This document shows, one piece after another, positions 1-9,403 of a stretch of DNA of 33,349 nt (positions are counted from its first letter, which is position 1; each line of letters begins with the position of its first letter). The stretch is from Anaerolineae bacterium CG2_30_64_16 (lineage in GTDB: Bacteria; Chloroflexota; Anaerolineae; CG2-30-64-16). Made by a program: the position numbers and the translations under genes. The notes under the pieces are model-generated. The model searched no databases. It saw only the letters and a program-made list of their open reading frames with translations, and was not told the DNA's origin. The stretch covers positions 1 through 33,349 of the forward strand of contig MNXL01000393.1 in NCBI GenBank assembly GCA_001871755.1. Reading direction: 5' to 3'.

Positions 1-1
1 A

Positions 2-307
2 GACGCCCAGGCCGCGGCCAGCGCGGTGACCGCCAACCGGGAGCAAACCGTCCGCTGGCTGGGCGAGCTCATCGCTGAGCTGGACGAGTGGCGCCAGCGC
101 CTGATCGAGGAGGACGACGCGGGACTGGGCCAGGCGTTTGAAGAGGCGCTGGAGAGCGGGCGACAATGGCTGAATGCCCAAACCCGCGGCGATTGGAGCG
201 AGCAGCCCACTACGACGGAGTTGCCCACCGCCGGCACGTTCATGCGCAGCCTGATCGGTTTCGGCCGGTTCAAGGACAGGCAGCCGGACGCCAGGAAGCG
301 GCGCTAG
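2..307 (+). CDS. 3' part of probable prephenate dehydrogenase (TyrA dimerisation region), truncated by window start
   Basis: Frame open from base 2 to TAG at 305-307. Helical pattern 'ANREQTVRWLGELIAELDEWRQRLIEEDDAGLGQAFEEA' resembles TyrA C-termini; the NAD-binding domain is not visible. Confidence 0.55.
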   Translation, partial: DAQAAASAVTANREQTVRWLGELIAELDEWRQRLIEEDDAGLGQAFEEALESGRQWLNAQTRGDWSEQPTTTELPTAGTFMRSLIGFGRFKDRQPDARKRR

Positions 308-324
308 GAATTTATCTTCACGAT

Positions 325-1533
325 GTGCGACCACTGAGAATCCTGGGCATCGCGCCCACCAGCTTTTTCGCCGATTACGGCTGCCACGTGCGCATCCGCG
401 GCCACCTGACCGCCCTCTCGGCACGCGGCCACACGACCATGCTGGTCACCTATCCCAGCGGCCGGGACGTGCCGGGGATCCGGACCGTCCGCGCGCCCTG
501 GCCGGCCGGTAGCCGCGTTCAGGTCGGCTCCTCCCGGCTGAAGATCGCCCTGGATGCCGTGCTCGGCCCGACCGCGCTCGCGGCCGCGCTGCGGTTTCGG
601 CCACACCTGATCCACGCCTACCTCCACGAAGGCGCGCTGATCGGCACAGTCGTCGCCGCGCTGCTGCGCCGGCCGCTCATCTTTGACTTCCAGGGCAGCC
701 TGACCGGTGAGATGCTGGACCACCGCTTCGTCATGCCGGATTCGGCCTGGCTGGGCGGCTTGCGTCGATTGGAGCGCTGGATTGACTGCCGGCCAGCCGC
801 GATCCTGGCAAGCTCAGCCCACGCGACGCGCCTGCTGGCAACGGAATACGGCGTGTCACCGGCACGCATCCACTCTCTGCCCGATAGCGTGGACCCCGAG
901 CTCTTTCGGCCGGCCGCGGCTTTTCCGCCGGCCGAGTTGGCCGATTTGCGCGCCCGGCTGGAGATTCCACCGGATCGCCGGTTGATCGTCTACCTGGGTC
1001 TGCTCGCACCATATCAGGGTACCGACCTGCTGCTGGAGGCCCTGGCCATCCTGACAGGCCGCCGCGCCGATGCCCACCTCCTGCTCATGGGATTCCCGTT
1101 CGTAGAGCACTACCGCGTCCGGGCGGAGGCGTTGGGGTTGGCAGATCGGGTGACCTTCACCGGCCCGGTACCCTACGAAGAGGCCCCTGCTCACCTGGCG
1201 CTCGGTCACGTGGCGGTGGCGCCCAAGCTCTCGACCACCGAAGGCAGTGGCAAAGCGCTGACCTACATGGCCGCCGCGCTGCCCATCGCCGCGTTCGATA
1301 CCCCCGTCCATCGCGAATATCTTGGAGACCACGGGATCTACGCGGCCGCCGGCGATGCCGCGGCGCTCGCGAATGCCCTGGCCGGCCTGCTGGCCGATCC
1401 GGAAGAAGCCGCCGAGCGGGGCCGCGCGTTGCGCGAGCGGGTGATGACCGCCTATACCTGGCCGCGCGCTGCGTCCCTGATCGAAAACGTCTATGAAAAC
1501 GTTTTGCGCCCGTCTGCCCATGTGCTATACTGA
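325..1533 (+). CDS. GT4 family glycosyltransferase
   Basis: Likely start is GTG 325 (VRPLRILGIAPTSFF); the ORF-track extension overlaps the upstream gene. GT-B motifs: YLGLLAPYQG, VTFTGPVPY, EGSGKALTYMAAALP. Confidence 0.9.
   Translation: MRPLRILGIAPTSFFADYGCHVRIRGHLTALSARGHTTMLVTYPSGRDVPGIRTVRAPWPAGSRVQVGSSRLKIALDAVLGPTALAAALRFRPHLIHAYLHEGALIGTVVAALLRRPLIFDFQGSLTGEMLDHRFVMPDSAWLGGLRRLERWIDCRPAAILASSAHATRLLATEYGVSPARIHSLPDSVDPELFRPAAAFPPAELADLRARLEIPPDRRLIVYLGLLAPYQGTDLLLEALAILTGRRADAHLLLMGFPFVEHYRVRAEALGLADRVTFTGPVPYEEAPAHLALGHVAVAPKLSTTEGSGKALTYMAAALPIAAFDTPVHREYLGDHGIYAAAGDAAALANALAGLLADPEEAAERGRALRERVMTAYTWPRAASLIENVYENVLRPSAHVLY
1504..1531 (+). promoter_or_regulatory. Putative sigma70 promoter (extended -10)
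   Basis: TTGCGC (1504-1509), 16 bp spacer, TG-c-TATACT (1523-1531), overlapping the end of the GT4 gene and upstream of the glycan genes. Confidence 0.5.
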
Positions 1534-1552
1534 ACGCTCCGGGGAACTCCGA

Positions 1553-1702
1553 GCCCGTCATTCCCGCGAAAGCGGGAATCCAGACGCCTGGACACCCGCG
1601 TCCGCGGGTGTGACATGGCCCGTCATTCCCGCGCCCGCCCGTCATTCCCGCGAAAGCGGGAATCCAGACGCCTGGACACCCGCGTCCGCGGGGGTGACAT
1701 GG
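1553..1702. repeat. Tandem REP-pair (REPIN-like) units, GTCATTCCCGCGAAAGCGGGAATCCA family
   Basis: Two 66-bp units (1553-1618, 1637-1702) differ by one base, with a partial unit between them. Each unit is two hairpins in inverted orientation. Confidence 0.9.
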
Positions 1703-1731
1703 AAAGCGAACCGAGGAGGCCGAGTCAAGGC

Positions 1732-4422
1732 ATGATGTTCAACAAGGACAGGCGTCTGCCTGGCCCGACGCAGGCGCACGCAAGGCAATGGGCGCTGGTG
1801 ATCCTGGCGTTGCACCTGGCCCTTGGCGGCCTCTACAGCGTCGTGGCGCCGCCCTGGGAGGCGCACGACGAATGGGCGCACTATAAGTTCGTGGAATATG
1901 TCGCACGTCATCGGGCATTGCCGCCCCCCGACGTGCGTTTGACAAACGAATACGAGTACGACGAAGCCAATCAGCCGCCCCTCTACTACGTGATCGCTGC
2001 CCTGCCGGTCATGCTGATCAACACGGACGACGGGGTCATCCCCGACGTCAATCCGCATTTCGGCACCGGGACTGGCGCCGGCGGCATCAACGCCGCCATC
2101 CACCACCCCGACCAGGAACGCTTTCCCTGGCGCGGGACCATCCTGGCGCTACACCTGGCCCGCTGGGCATCCCTGGCGATCAGCCTGGTGGGACTGGTCG
2201 CGGTCTACAAGCTGGGACGGCTGTTGGCCCCGGGGCGACCCTCCGTGGCGCTGATCGCCCTGATTATCGCGGCGCTGTCGCCGCAGTCGCTGTTCATCAG
2301 CAGCGTGGTCACCAACGACGTGCTGATTGCCGCGTTGGGGTGCGTGATCGCCTGGTTGGGAACTGAGGTCGTGCTGAACGGCTTGCGACCGCGATCGGCG
2401 CTGGGGCTGGCCCTGACGACCGGGCTGGCGTTCGTGAGCAAGCTGTCCGCGTTGGCATTGGCGCCTTTCGTGCTCCTGGCTCTGATCGCCGGCGCGATCC
2501 GTTCGCTGCGCCGGGGCAGCAACCGGCTGACCGTCCTGCTGACCTTTGCGATCCCGCTGGCTGGCGGGTTGGCGATCGGCGGGGCGTGGGTCGCGCGCAA
2601 CGTGCGGCTGACCGGGCAACTGCTGCCGCGGGACCCGTGGGTAGCGTTCCGTTTCGTGGACCGCTGGTTCAGCCGCACCGGCACGGTCAAGCCGATACAG
2701 TGGGAGGCGCTGCCCTCCGCGCTGGTCTACGGTTTTCGCACCTTTTGGGCGTCCTTCGGCTGGGGTAACCTGGAAGCGTACAGGTGGGTGTACTGGTTTT
2801 TTGCCGCACTGTGCCTGGTTGCGTTAGCCGGGTTGGGCCGCTGGGCGTTCGCGGGACGCGAGGGTGCAACGCCACGGCGGGTGAAAACCTCACCCCCCTC
2901 CCCCCCTCTCCTACGAGGCGAGGGGGGTGTCGGCGCTCCCCCTCCTTCGCAGGGAGGGGGTCGGGGGGTAGGTGGGCGATTTTCAGGGCAGTTTTTCATG
3001 CCGTGTCCGCCGCCACGACGGATGAAAAACGGACGGCCTGGACTGGAGGCTTTAGCCGGTTTGGTTGTCAGCGGCAGAAACCGGCTGAAGCCTCGATTCC
3101 AGATCGTTGGTGGGCGATTTTCAGGGCAGTCTGGGCGGGACAAGAAGATCGCGGCCGGGTTGCTGCTCGTGTTGGCCGCGTCCGTGCTGTTCATGGCCGC
3201 CTACCGTGACTTCGACTACGGTGGCACGCTGATCCGAGGGCGTTATCTGCTGCCCGCGCTGGGAGCGGTCGCGACCCTGCTCGCGTTGGGGCTGGATAAT
3301 CTTGTCTGCCGTCCCGGCTCGGTCTCAGGCCGGCCAGAGCATGCTAGATGCGCGGTCCCGCTGGTGTTGACCTGCGTGCTCACCATCTTCAACCTGCTGT
3401 TGCCGCTGAACGTGATCGGGCCGGCCTATGCACCGCCGGCGATGCTGTCCACCGCCGATCTGTTGCCGAGAGAACAGCCGTTGGACGCACGTTTCGGGGA
3501 CGCGGCCGAACTGGTGGCCTACGGACTCTGGCCCGAGCGCGTCCGGACGGGCGATGCGCTGGGCGTGACGTTGCTCTGGCGCGTGCTGGCGCCATTGGAT
3601 CGGAACTACACCGTCGGCGTGCACCTGTTGAACGCGACAGACCAGGGCAAAGTGGGCGAGCTCAACATCTACCCCGGCCGCGGCAACTATGCCACCACGC
3701 TGTGGCAGCCGGGAGACCTGTTTCGCGAGACCTACTGGGTCACGGTCGGCCAGGCGATCGCGCAGCCGGTCATGGGTCGGGTCAAGGTGGCGCTCTTCGC
3801 CGATGACGCCGGGCAAGCCGCATCTGAAGAAACGTATCTGCCGGTGATCGATGCTGCGGGCCAGCCGTTGGGCGATGCTTTGATGTTCGGCCGGTTCAAG
3901 TTGGCGCCCATGGAGCCGGCAGCCGTGGCCGCCGCTCAGGGTCCCGGCCTGGCGACGTTGGGTGAGTTCGCTCGCCTGGAGAGCGCGACCTGGCCAACCG
4001 ATATCCCGCATCTGTTAGCCGGCAGCACCTTCACCGTGACGCTGACGTGGGGAGCTCTGGCCCGGCCGCCGGCCGATTATCAGGTTTTCCTCCACGTGGA
4101 AGGACCGGACGGCCCGCTGGCTTTCGGTGATGGCCCGCCGCAAGCGGGCGCCTATCCCACCGGCCTCTGGGAGCTGGGCGAGCAGATCGTGGACCCGCGG
4201 GTGGTCCGGTTGCCGACCGAGATGCCGGCGGGCGACTACCGACTGGTAACCGGGCTGTACGACGCGGCCGGCCAACGCGTCATCGCGACCGGCCCGGACG
4301 GTCAGCGGCTGGCCGACGATCAGATCGAATTGGGGCGCGTCACCGTGGCGCGCCTGGACCAGCACAATTACATCCCTTGGGCGCCTGGGCATGCCGTGGA
4401 CGGGAACAACAAGGAGCCTTGA
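1732..4422 (+). CDS. GT-C-type (PMT/ArnT/DUF2142-like) multi-TM glycosyltransferase with C-terminal extracytoplasmic beta domains; carries in-frame repeat insertions
   Basis: GAGGAGG at 1713-1719 then ATG 1732. Loop motif PPWEAHDEWAHY after TM1, plus TND, FWASFGW and GRYLLP; two 'Y-x-V-F/G-x-H...W-x-x-G-E/D' beta repeats. Confidence 0.8.
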   Translation: MMFNKDRRLPGPTQAHARQWALVILALHLALGGLYSVVAPPWEAHDEWAHYKFVEYVARHRALPPPDVRLTNEYEYDEANQPPLYYVIAALPVMLINTDDGVIPDVNPHFGTGTGAGGINAAIHHPDQERFPWRGTILALHLARWASLAISLVGLVAVYKLGRLLAPGRPSVALIALIIAALSPQSLFISSVVTNDVLIAALGCVIAWLGTEVVLNGLRPRSALGLALTTGLAFVSKLSALALAPFVLLALIAGAIRSLRRGSNRLTVLLTFAIPLAGGLAIGGAWVARNVRLTGQLLPRDPWVAFRFVDRWFSRTGTVKPIQWEALPSALVYGFRTFWASFGWGNLEAYRWVYWFFAALCLVALAGLGRWAFAGREGATPRRVKTSPPSPPLLRGEGGVGAPPPSQGGGRGVGGRFSGQFFMPCPPPRRMKNGRPGLEALAGLVVSGRNRLKPRFQIVGGRFSGQSGRDKKIAAGLLLVLAASVLFMAAYRDFDYGGTLIRGRYLLPALGAVATLLALGLDNLVCRPGSVSGRPEHARCAVPLVLTCVLTIFNLLLPLNVIGPAYAPPAMLSTADLLPREQPLDARFGDAAELVAYGLWPERVRTGDALGVTLLWRVLAPLDRNYTVGVHLLNATDQGKVGELNIYPGRGNYATTLWQPGDLFRETYWVTVGQAIAQPVMGRVKVALFADDAGQAASEETYLPVIDAAGQPLGDALMFGRFKLAPMEPAAVAAAQGPGLATLGEFARLESATWPTDIPHLLAGSTFTVTLTWGALARPPADYQVFLHVEGPDGPLAFGDGPPQAGAYPTGLWELGEQIVDPRVVRLPTEMPAGDYRLVTGLYDAAGQRVIATGPDGQRLADDQIELGRVTVARLDQHNYIPWAPGHAVDGNNKEP
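2866..2992 (+). mobile_element. Composite repeat copy A (shell + CCTCACCCCC-type palindrome), in frame in CDS
   Basis: CGCCACGGCGGGTGAAAA, then C-rich/G-rich inverted pair 2887-2973, then GGTGGGCGATTTTCAGGGCAGT. Closely matches 31821-31939. Confidence 0.8.
2993..3130 (+). mobile_element. Composite repeat copy B (shell + GGCTTTAGCCG-type palindrome), in frame in CDS
   Basis: TTTTCATGCC..GCCACGACGGATGAAAA, then a 17-bp inverted repeat (3046-3062/3078-3094), then the identical 22-bp right arm (3109-3130 = 2971-2992). Length 138 bp = 46 codons. Confidence 0.8.
3316..3340 (+). repeat. GGCTCGGTC..GGCC..AGC REP-like unit, in frame
   Basis: GGCTCGGTCTCAGGCCGGCCAGAGC resembles 30626-30651 and the minus-strand copy at 25922-25970; it encodes GSVSGRPE between two TM helices. 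Confidence 0.6.
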
Positions 4423-5645
4423 TGGAACAAGAATTCAGCTTGAGCCAATACCTGGCCGTGCTGCGGCGGCGCTGGCGCATGATCGCCATCACGCTCGCCA
4501 TCACGCTGGGGGCCGCGATCGTCTTCAGCCTGCTGCAACCGATCTCCTACGAAGGGGAAGCGGTCCTGACCGCGCCCCCGCCAAAATACACGTGGCGGCT
4601 GGACAACAACATCCAAACCGTCACCGAAGACCTCCGGCTCGACCGGCGAGGCGATTACACCGTGTTGATCACTGACAAAACCCTGGGGCAAGCCCTGGCG
4701 CGCACGGTGATCGAGACGATGGGGGACGAACTGCCGCCGGACCTGCGCGACCCGCAACTGCTGCGGCGAGCAGTGAATGTCAAAAATGGCCAAAGCCGGT
4801 TGGTCTATCTGAATGCAACCGCGCCCACAGCCGAACTGGCCCAAAAGCTGACCAACGCCTGGGCCGCCGTCTGGATCGACGAGACGGACGCGCGCTACGG
4901 CCAGGGCGCCGACAAACTCAAATTTGCCGGCGAACTGGCGCAGGCGCAGGCCCACCTGGACACGGCCGGTCAGGCGTTGGAGGCGTTCCAATCGCGCACC
5001 GGCATGGCATTGCAAATGGGGAGCTTCATGGCCGCCCTGGACAACGGGTCGTTGGCCGCCGGCTTGCCCCTGCTGCAACAGCAACTGGTGCTGAACAACA
5101 GCGATCTGGCCGACTACCGCCTGGCCCTGTCCCGGATCAGTCTTCTGGAGGATCAGGCGCGGGCCGCGCAGGCCAACGCCGCGGGCTTCGAGACCCTGCC
5201 GCTCGAGGTCTTGGACACGCCGATGCTGGTTGCGCGCGGGGTGCTAACCCGCGCGCGGGTCGCCGCCATGCACGGTGACCTGGCGCAACTTCTGGCAGCG
5301 AGCGATGTCGAGAAGCAGGCGCTCTCCGACACGGTTGCCCGGCTCGAAACCGAGACAACGGCCATTCAGACCGAGCTCGCCGGGCTGCTCCAGAAGCAAG
5401 ACCGGCTGACGAACGACTACAACCTGGCGCAAGAGGCGGTGAGTGCCCTACAACGCAAGGTCACCGAGATCCCGATCCAACAAGAGGTGGCGGGAACGCC
5501 GCTGATGCTGATGCACCCCTCCGGCCTGCCGGGCAAACCCGCGACGCCTGACTGGCTCATGAACCTGGCCGCGGCGTTTTTGTTGGGCCTCTTGGGTGGG
5601 GTGATGATCGTGATGGGAACCGAATACTTGCGCCCTGGGCTCTGA
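4422..5645 (+). CDS. Wzz/GumC-like polysaccharide co-polymerase (chain-length regulator), no kinase domain
   Basis: AAGGAG RBS, ATG overlapping the upstream TGA. N-terminal 'EFSLSQYLAVLRRRWRMI' + TM, coiled-coil middle, Pro-rich motif and Gly-rich C-terminal TM. Confidence 0.85.
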   Translation: MEQEFSLSQYLAVLRRRWRMIAITLAITLGAAIVFSLLQPISYEGEAVLTAPPPKYTWRLDNNIQTVTEDLRLDRRGDYTVLITDKTLGQALARTVIETMGDELPPDLRDPQLLRRAVNVKNGQSRLVYLNATAPTAELAQKLTNAWAAVWIDETDARYGQGADKLKFAGELAQAQAHLDTAGQALEAFQSRTGMALQMGSFMAALDNGSLAAGLPLLQQQLVLNNSDLADYRLALSRISLLEDQARAAQANAAGFETLPLEVLDTPMLVARGVLTRARVAAMHGDLAQLLAASDVEKQALSDTVARLETETTAIQTELAGLLQKQDRLTNDYNLAQEAVSALQRKVTEIPIQQEVAGTPLMLMHPSGLPGKPATPDWLMNLAAAFLLGLLGGVMIVMGTEYLRPGL

Positions 5646-5649
5646 CTCA

Positions 5650-7569
5650 GTGGGTACGCGCTGGAAATGGGCCTGGCTAACACTGTTGGTCGGATTCACG
5701 CTTGCTCGCGGGATTGTGTTGGCATTCTTGGTGCCACCGTGGCAAGCACCGGATGAGCCAGGACATTATGAATATGCACGGTTAGTGTTGGCCCACGGGC
5801 TTGATGTTCTGTCAGATGATCGCGACATATTCCTGCAGCAGACCATCATCGCTGACTTGGCCCGATCTGATTTCTGGGCTAATGTACGCGCACTTACTCC
5901 CAATCCTTTACCTACCACCTTTTATACCGATCCGTTTCTGGCGCGTTCAGGGTCACAGGTGGGGGATGAACCAGTTGACTATTACTGTCTACTCAGTCTG
6001 CTCTGGCGCGTCTGGCCAAAGGCCAACATACGAGAACAGTTGCTGATTGGGCGTTTATTTTCTACAATCTTGCTTGTGCTGGCCGTACTATTGACGGCCT
6101 GGGCTGCCACGACCGGCTGGCCAGCGGATCACAAACTGCAATTTGCCTTGCCGGCGTTCGTGGTGTTTCAACCGATGGCGGCGTTTATGGGTGCCGCATT
6201 GAACAACGACGTGTTAGCGCTGCTGCTAGGAACGTTAGGAAGCGCGATTGGAATCTGGGCGGTTCGGCGTGGCTTGTTATGGTGGCGAGCAGCGATCTTA
6301 GTGGGCGTGGCCGCTGCTGGGTTGCAGACGAAGAAAACGAACTTGTTCCTCTGGCCACTGACCTTTGAAGCCATGCTTCTGGCACTGCCGCCCACAGTAT
6401 GGTCTAGATGGTCTAGCCACCGGTGGCGACGCCAGATTTCACTGCCTGGATTCCGGTACGGTGTTGTGATAGTTGGCCTGGTTCTGGTGTTACTCGCAGC
6501 CTGGCTGGCCAGTCCGATCAATGACCGGCCGGCGGCATGGGTTGCCGGAGGGTGGTCAGGCCAGAGTAGTCGTTGGGTAGCTGCTGGAAGGACCGGATTG
6601 GCTCTGTTCGATCGGAGCATCAATCGGCGTGCCTTACTTGAGCAAACTATCGGCAGACAGCATGCCTGGGATGTTCGGGGCCGGCCGCTGGTGCTACAGG
6701 CCCAAGTACGTTCTCTGGATGGGTTCACTGAGGTTAGTGTACGAGCAGACGATAACGTTGTCGCCACCGAAGCTGTTTGTCTGGCAGAGAGAACCTGGCA
6801 TTCGTGTACTTTGTCGTTCACACCAGGGGCCAGGTCAGGACCTATCAGGATTGTGCTGGCCGTCGGAGCGAAGGGGCACACAGTAGCTACAGGTACTGTG
6901 CAGTGGCAAAGTGTGCAGCTTGTACCAGTGGGTGAGCCAAGGAACAACCTTTTGGTGAATTCGTCTGGTGAACGCCCTGCGCGACGAGCTACATCACTGT
7001 TCTTATGGGTTGAACGATTTTTGCAAGCCCCGCGTGGCTGGTTTCTGGCACTGACTCAGCCTGAGCAGCGGGGAATGGGTGCATTATTGCGATATGCCAT
7101 CTTCGGCGTGCTGGCCTTTGCGGGCTTTTGGGGTAATTTTGGCTGGTTGCAAGCGCCATTCCCCTGGCCGTTCTACGTTTGGCTGGCGGCTTTGTGTGGA
7201 TTGGCTGCAATGGGAGTGATCGGCAAGTTGGCCCGTGAGTTGGCCGGGTGCTGGAGCAAAGAAGATACCCTCTTTGATGATTACCAGGCAAGGATTGTCG
7301 ATTGGCTGAGCGCTGAGGGACCAATTCTCCTTTGCGTGGGTGCTGTCATCTTGATTTTAGCTCAGACTACCTTGCCGATGGTCGGCTTTGCCTGGCAACC
7401 GCAAGGGCGATATATATTGCCAGCCTTGCTGCCAATTGGCGTCTGTCTCATCGTGGGGCTTCGCAATGGCTTGCCCCTACAGTGGCGCAAGCAGGCTGAA
7501 ACCATTCTGTTGACTTCGCTGACAGCAACTAACGTAGCAATGTTTTGGATACTGAGCACGCGATGGTAA
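5650..7569 (+). CDS. GT-C-type (DUF2142-like) membrane glycosyltransferase with an inserted carbohydrate-binding-like domain
   Basis: PPWQAPDEPGHY, NND, FWGNFGW and QGRYILP motifs are shared with the 1732 gene; a soluble beta-rich segment lies mid-protein. Confidence 0.75.
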   Translation: MGTRWKWAWLTLLVGFTLARGIVLAFLVPPWQAPDEPGHYEYARLVLAHGLDVLSDDRDIFLQQTIIADLARSDFWANVRALTPNPLPTTFYTDPFLARSGSQVGDEPVDYYCLLSLLWRVWPKANIREQLLIGRLFSTILLVLAVLLTAWAATTGWPADHKLQFALPAFVVFQPMAAFMGAALNNDVLALLLGTLGSAIGIWAVRRGLLWWRAAILVGVAAAGLQTKKTNLFLWPLTFEAMLLALPPTVWSRWSSHRWRRQISLPGFRYGVVIVGLVLVLLAAWLASPINDRPAAWVAGGWSGQSSRWVAAGRTGLALFDRSINRRALLEQTIGRQHAWDVRGRPLVLQAQVRSLDGFTEVSVRADDNVVATEAVCLAERTWHSCTLSFTPGARSGPIRIVLAVGAKGHTVATGTVQWQSVQLVPVGEPRNNLLVNSSGERPARRATSLFLWVERFLQAPRGWFLALTQPEQRGMGALLRYAIFGVLAFAGFWGNFGWLQAPFPWPFYVWLAALCGLAAMGVIGKLARELAGCWSKEDTLFDDYQARIVDWLSAEGPILLCVGAVILILAQTTLPMVGFAWQPQGRYILPALLPIGVCLIVGLRNGLPLQWRKQAETILLTSLTATNVAMFWILSTRW

Positions 7570-7736
7570 ATGGCCGTGCCAGGTTGTTATTCAGGTGCCG
7601 AGCACTTTGGCTCTCGTTTGGCGCCAGTTCAGGTGTATGGTATTCACAAGCGTAGTGTTCAAGTGCTCGGAATTTCTGGCCTGAGTAGCAACCGTACCAG
7701 TTTTCGAGGCAATGAGGGAAGGAAATCAAGCGCGTC

Positions 7737-9401
7737 ATGGGGAGAAAAGCACCGATTTTAGTCATCGGACTGGATGGCGGCAGTTGGACCGTGTTGGAGC
7801 CACTATTGAAGGCCGGGTTAATGTCCAACCTGGCTAAACTGCGTGCTGAGGGTGCATGGGGCAACTTGGCCTCGACGTTACCTCCATTCACCGCGCCCGC
7901 CTGGTCCACATTTATGACCGGTAAGGATCCTGGCCAACATGGTGTGCTCTCCTTCTTTGAACAGGATGCAGCCAGTTATGACATGGCGCCTGGGAGGGCG
8001 TTGGCAACGAGTGCCGCTTTGAGCCAGCGCACTTTATGGAGTTGGCTGGGAGATGCTGGCTGGCGTGTGGGAATAGTCAACGTGCCATTGACCTATCCCC
8101 CACAACCTGTAAACGGTTTCTTGGTGACCGGGATGCTGACCCCGATTGGCGCTCAGGAGTTTACCTACCCACCTGCCATCGCTGCTGAATTGGGACCGGA
8201 GTACGTCGTGGAGCCGGACTACTTGCGCGGCATCATGGGAAGCTTTGATCTGAGTCAGTTGCCGCAGCAGGTGCAACTACTCGCAGATTTTAACCGCATC
8301 GAAGCCGTCCGAACGCAAGCCTGCCTGGACTTAATTGCCCGCCATCAACCGAACTTTTTCATGGTTGTCTATGCCAGCACTGACCGGATATCACATTTCT
8401 TTTGGGATTATCTAGGGGGTGCGCATGGAGGCACCGACCCTACGATGCTTGCCAGCGTGCACGCCCATTTCCGTCGGTTGGATGGTTGGTTGGGTAAGCT
8501 GATCGCCGCGAGTGGGCCGAATGTGACCGTGCTGATGATGTCTGATCATGGCTTTGGCCCGGCAGCACGACGATGGGCCCACGTTAATTCCTGGCTACGG
8601 GATCAGGGTTTGTTGGTTCCCAAAAAGGGCTCCGCAGTTGGATGGCGTAATCCAGCCTATTGGAAAAGTCGACTAGGCGACAGCCACCTGAGGCGCTGGG
8701 TCAGGACGGTCTTGCCGCAGCGGGCACGCCGCGCCGTGCGGCACGCTGAGCGAGTCACAGACTTAGTGAACTGGTCGGCAACCCAGGCTTATTTTGTGCT
8801 GATTTATGCTAACGTAGCGGGAGTCATGGTCAACTTGCGCGGTCGGCAGGCACAGGGGGTCATCGCTCCCGGTGCTGAATACGAGGCGGTACGAGACCAA
8901 ATCATCGCCGCTGCAAAAGAGTGGTGCGAGCCTATCACTGGGCGGCCGTTGGTGCGCCGGGCAGGGCGGCGGGAAGATTTTTACACTGGCGAGCATGTGT
9001 CAGAGTTCCCTGACGTAATCTTGGAATTAGACCCCGACTATTCGACTGTTGCTAACTTGCGGTCCCAAACAGTGACCCTGGCTAATCCTTCCTTCCGTAC
9101 GGGAGAGCATCGGCCCGAGGGCATTTTTCTCGCCCATGGTCCTGCTATCCGCCCTGGCGAGGTCCATGATGCCAGAATCGGTGATCTGGCCCCAACGATT
9201 TTGCACCTGGCTGGCGTGCCGGTGCCCACCGGTTTAGCGGGGGGAGTATTGACGCAGATATTCGACCAAGAGTGGCTGGACACGCATCCTATCAGCCAAA
9301 TAGCTGCCAACGGGCGTAAAGGGGCCGCGATAGATGAAATCTACTCCAGCGAAGAAGTTGCTGCGTTGACCGAACGCTTGGCTGGTTTGGGGTATCTGTA
9401 G
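7737..9401 (+). CDS. Alkaline phosphatase superfamily (type I phosphodiesterase/nucleotide pyrophosphatase-like) protein
   Basis: VIGLDG, STLPPFTAPAWSTFMTG, DRISH, SDHGF, GEHRPEG and C-terminal ERLAGLGYL. Confidence 0.88.
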   Translation: MGRKAPILVIGLDGGSWTVLEPLLKAGLMSNLAKLRAEGAWGNLASTLPPFTAPAWSTFMTGKDPGQHGVLSFFEQDAASYDMAPGRALATSAALSQRTLWSWLGDAGWRVGIVNVPLTYPPQPVNGFLVTGMLTPIGAQEFTYPPAIAAELGPEYVVEPDYLRGIMGSFDLSQLPQQVQLLADFNRIEAVRTQACLDLIARHQPNFFMVVYASTDRISHFFWDYLGGAHGGTDPTMLASVHAHFRRLDGWLGKLIAASGPNVTVLMMSDHGFGPAARRWAHVNSWLRDQGLLVPKKGSAVGWRNPAYWKSRLGDSHLRRWVRTVLPQRARRAVRHAERVTDLVNWSATQAYFVLIYANVAGVMVNLRGRQAQGVIAPGAEYEAVRDQIIAAAKEWCEPITGRPLVRRAGRREDFYTGEHVSEFPDVILELDPDYSTVANLRSQTVTLANPSFRTGEHRPEGIFLAHGPAIRPGEVHDARIGDLAPTILHLAGVPVPTGLAGGVLTQIFDQEWLDTHPISQIAANGRKGAAIDEIYSSEEVAALTERLAGLGYL

Positions 9402-9403
9402 TG

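Noticed and set aside
1553-1702. CRISPR array
   Set aside because: The 'spacer' sequence is itself repeated, there are only two full units, and no cas genes are present; it fits REP pairs.
4363-4380. HNYIPW as a Chloroflexota 'YLP' C-terminal motif
   Set aside because: A degenerate single instance; too weak to call.
7570-7761. 63-aa ORF between the GT-C gene and the first AlkP gene
   Set aside because: No motif or clear RBS and it overlaps the next gene; cannot be supported.
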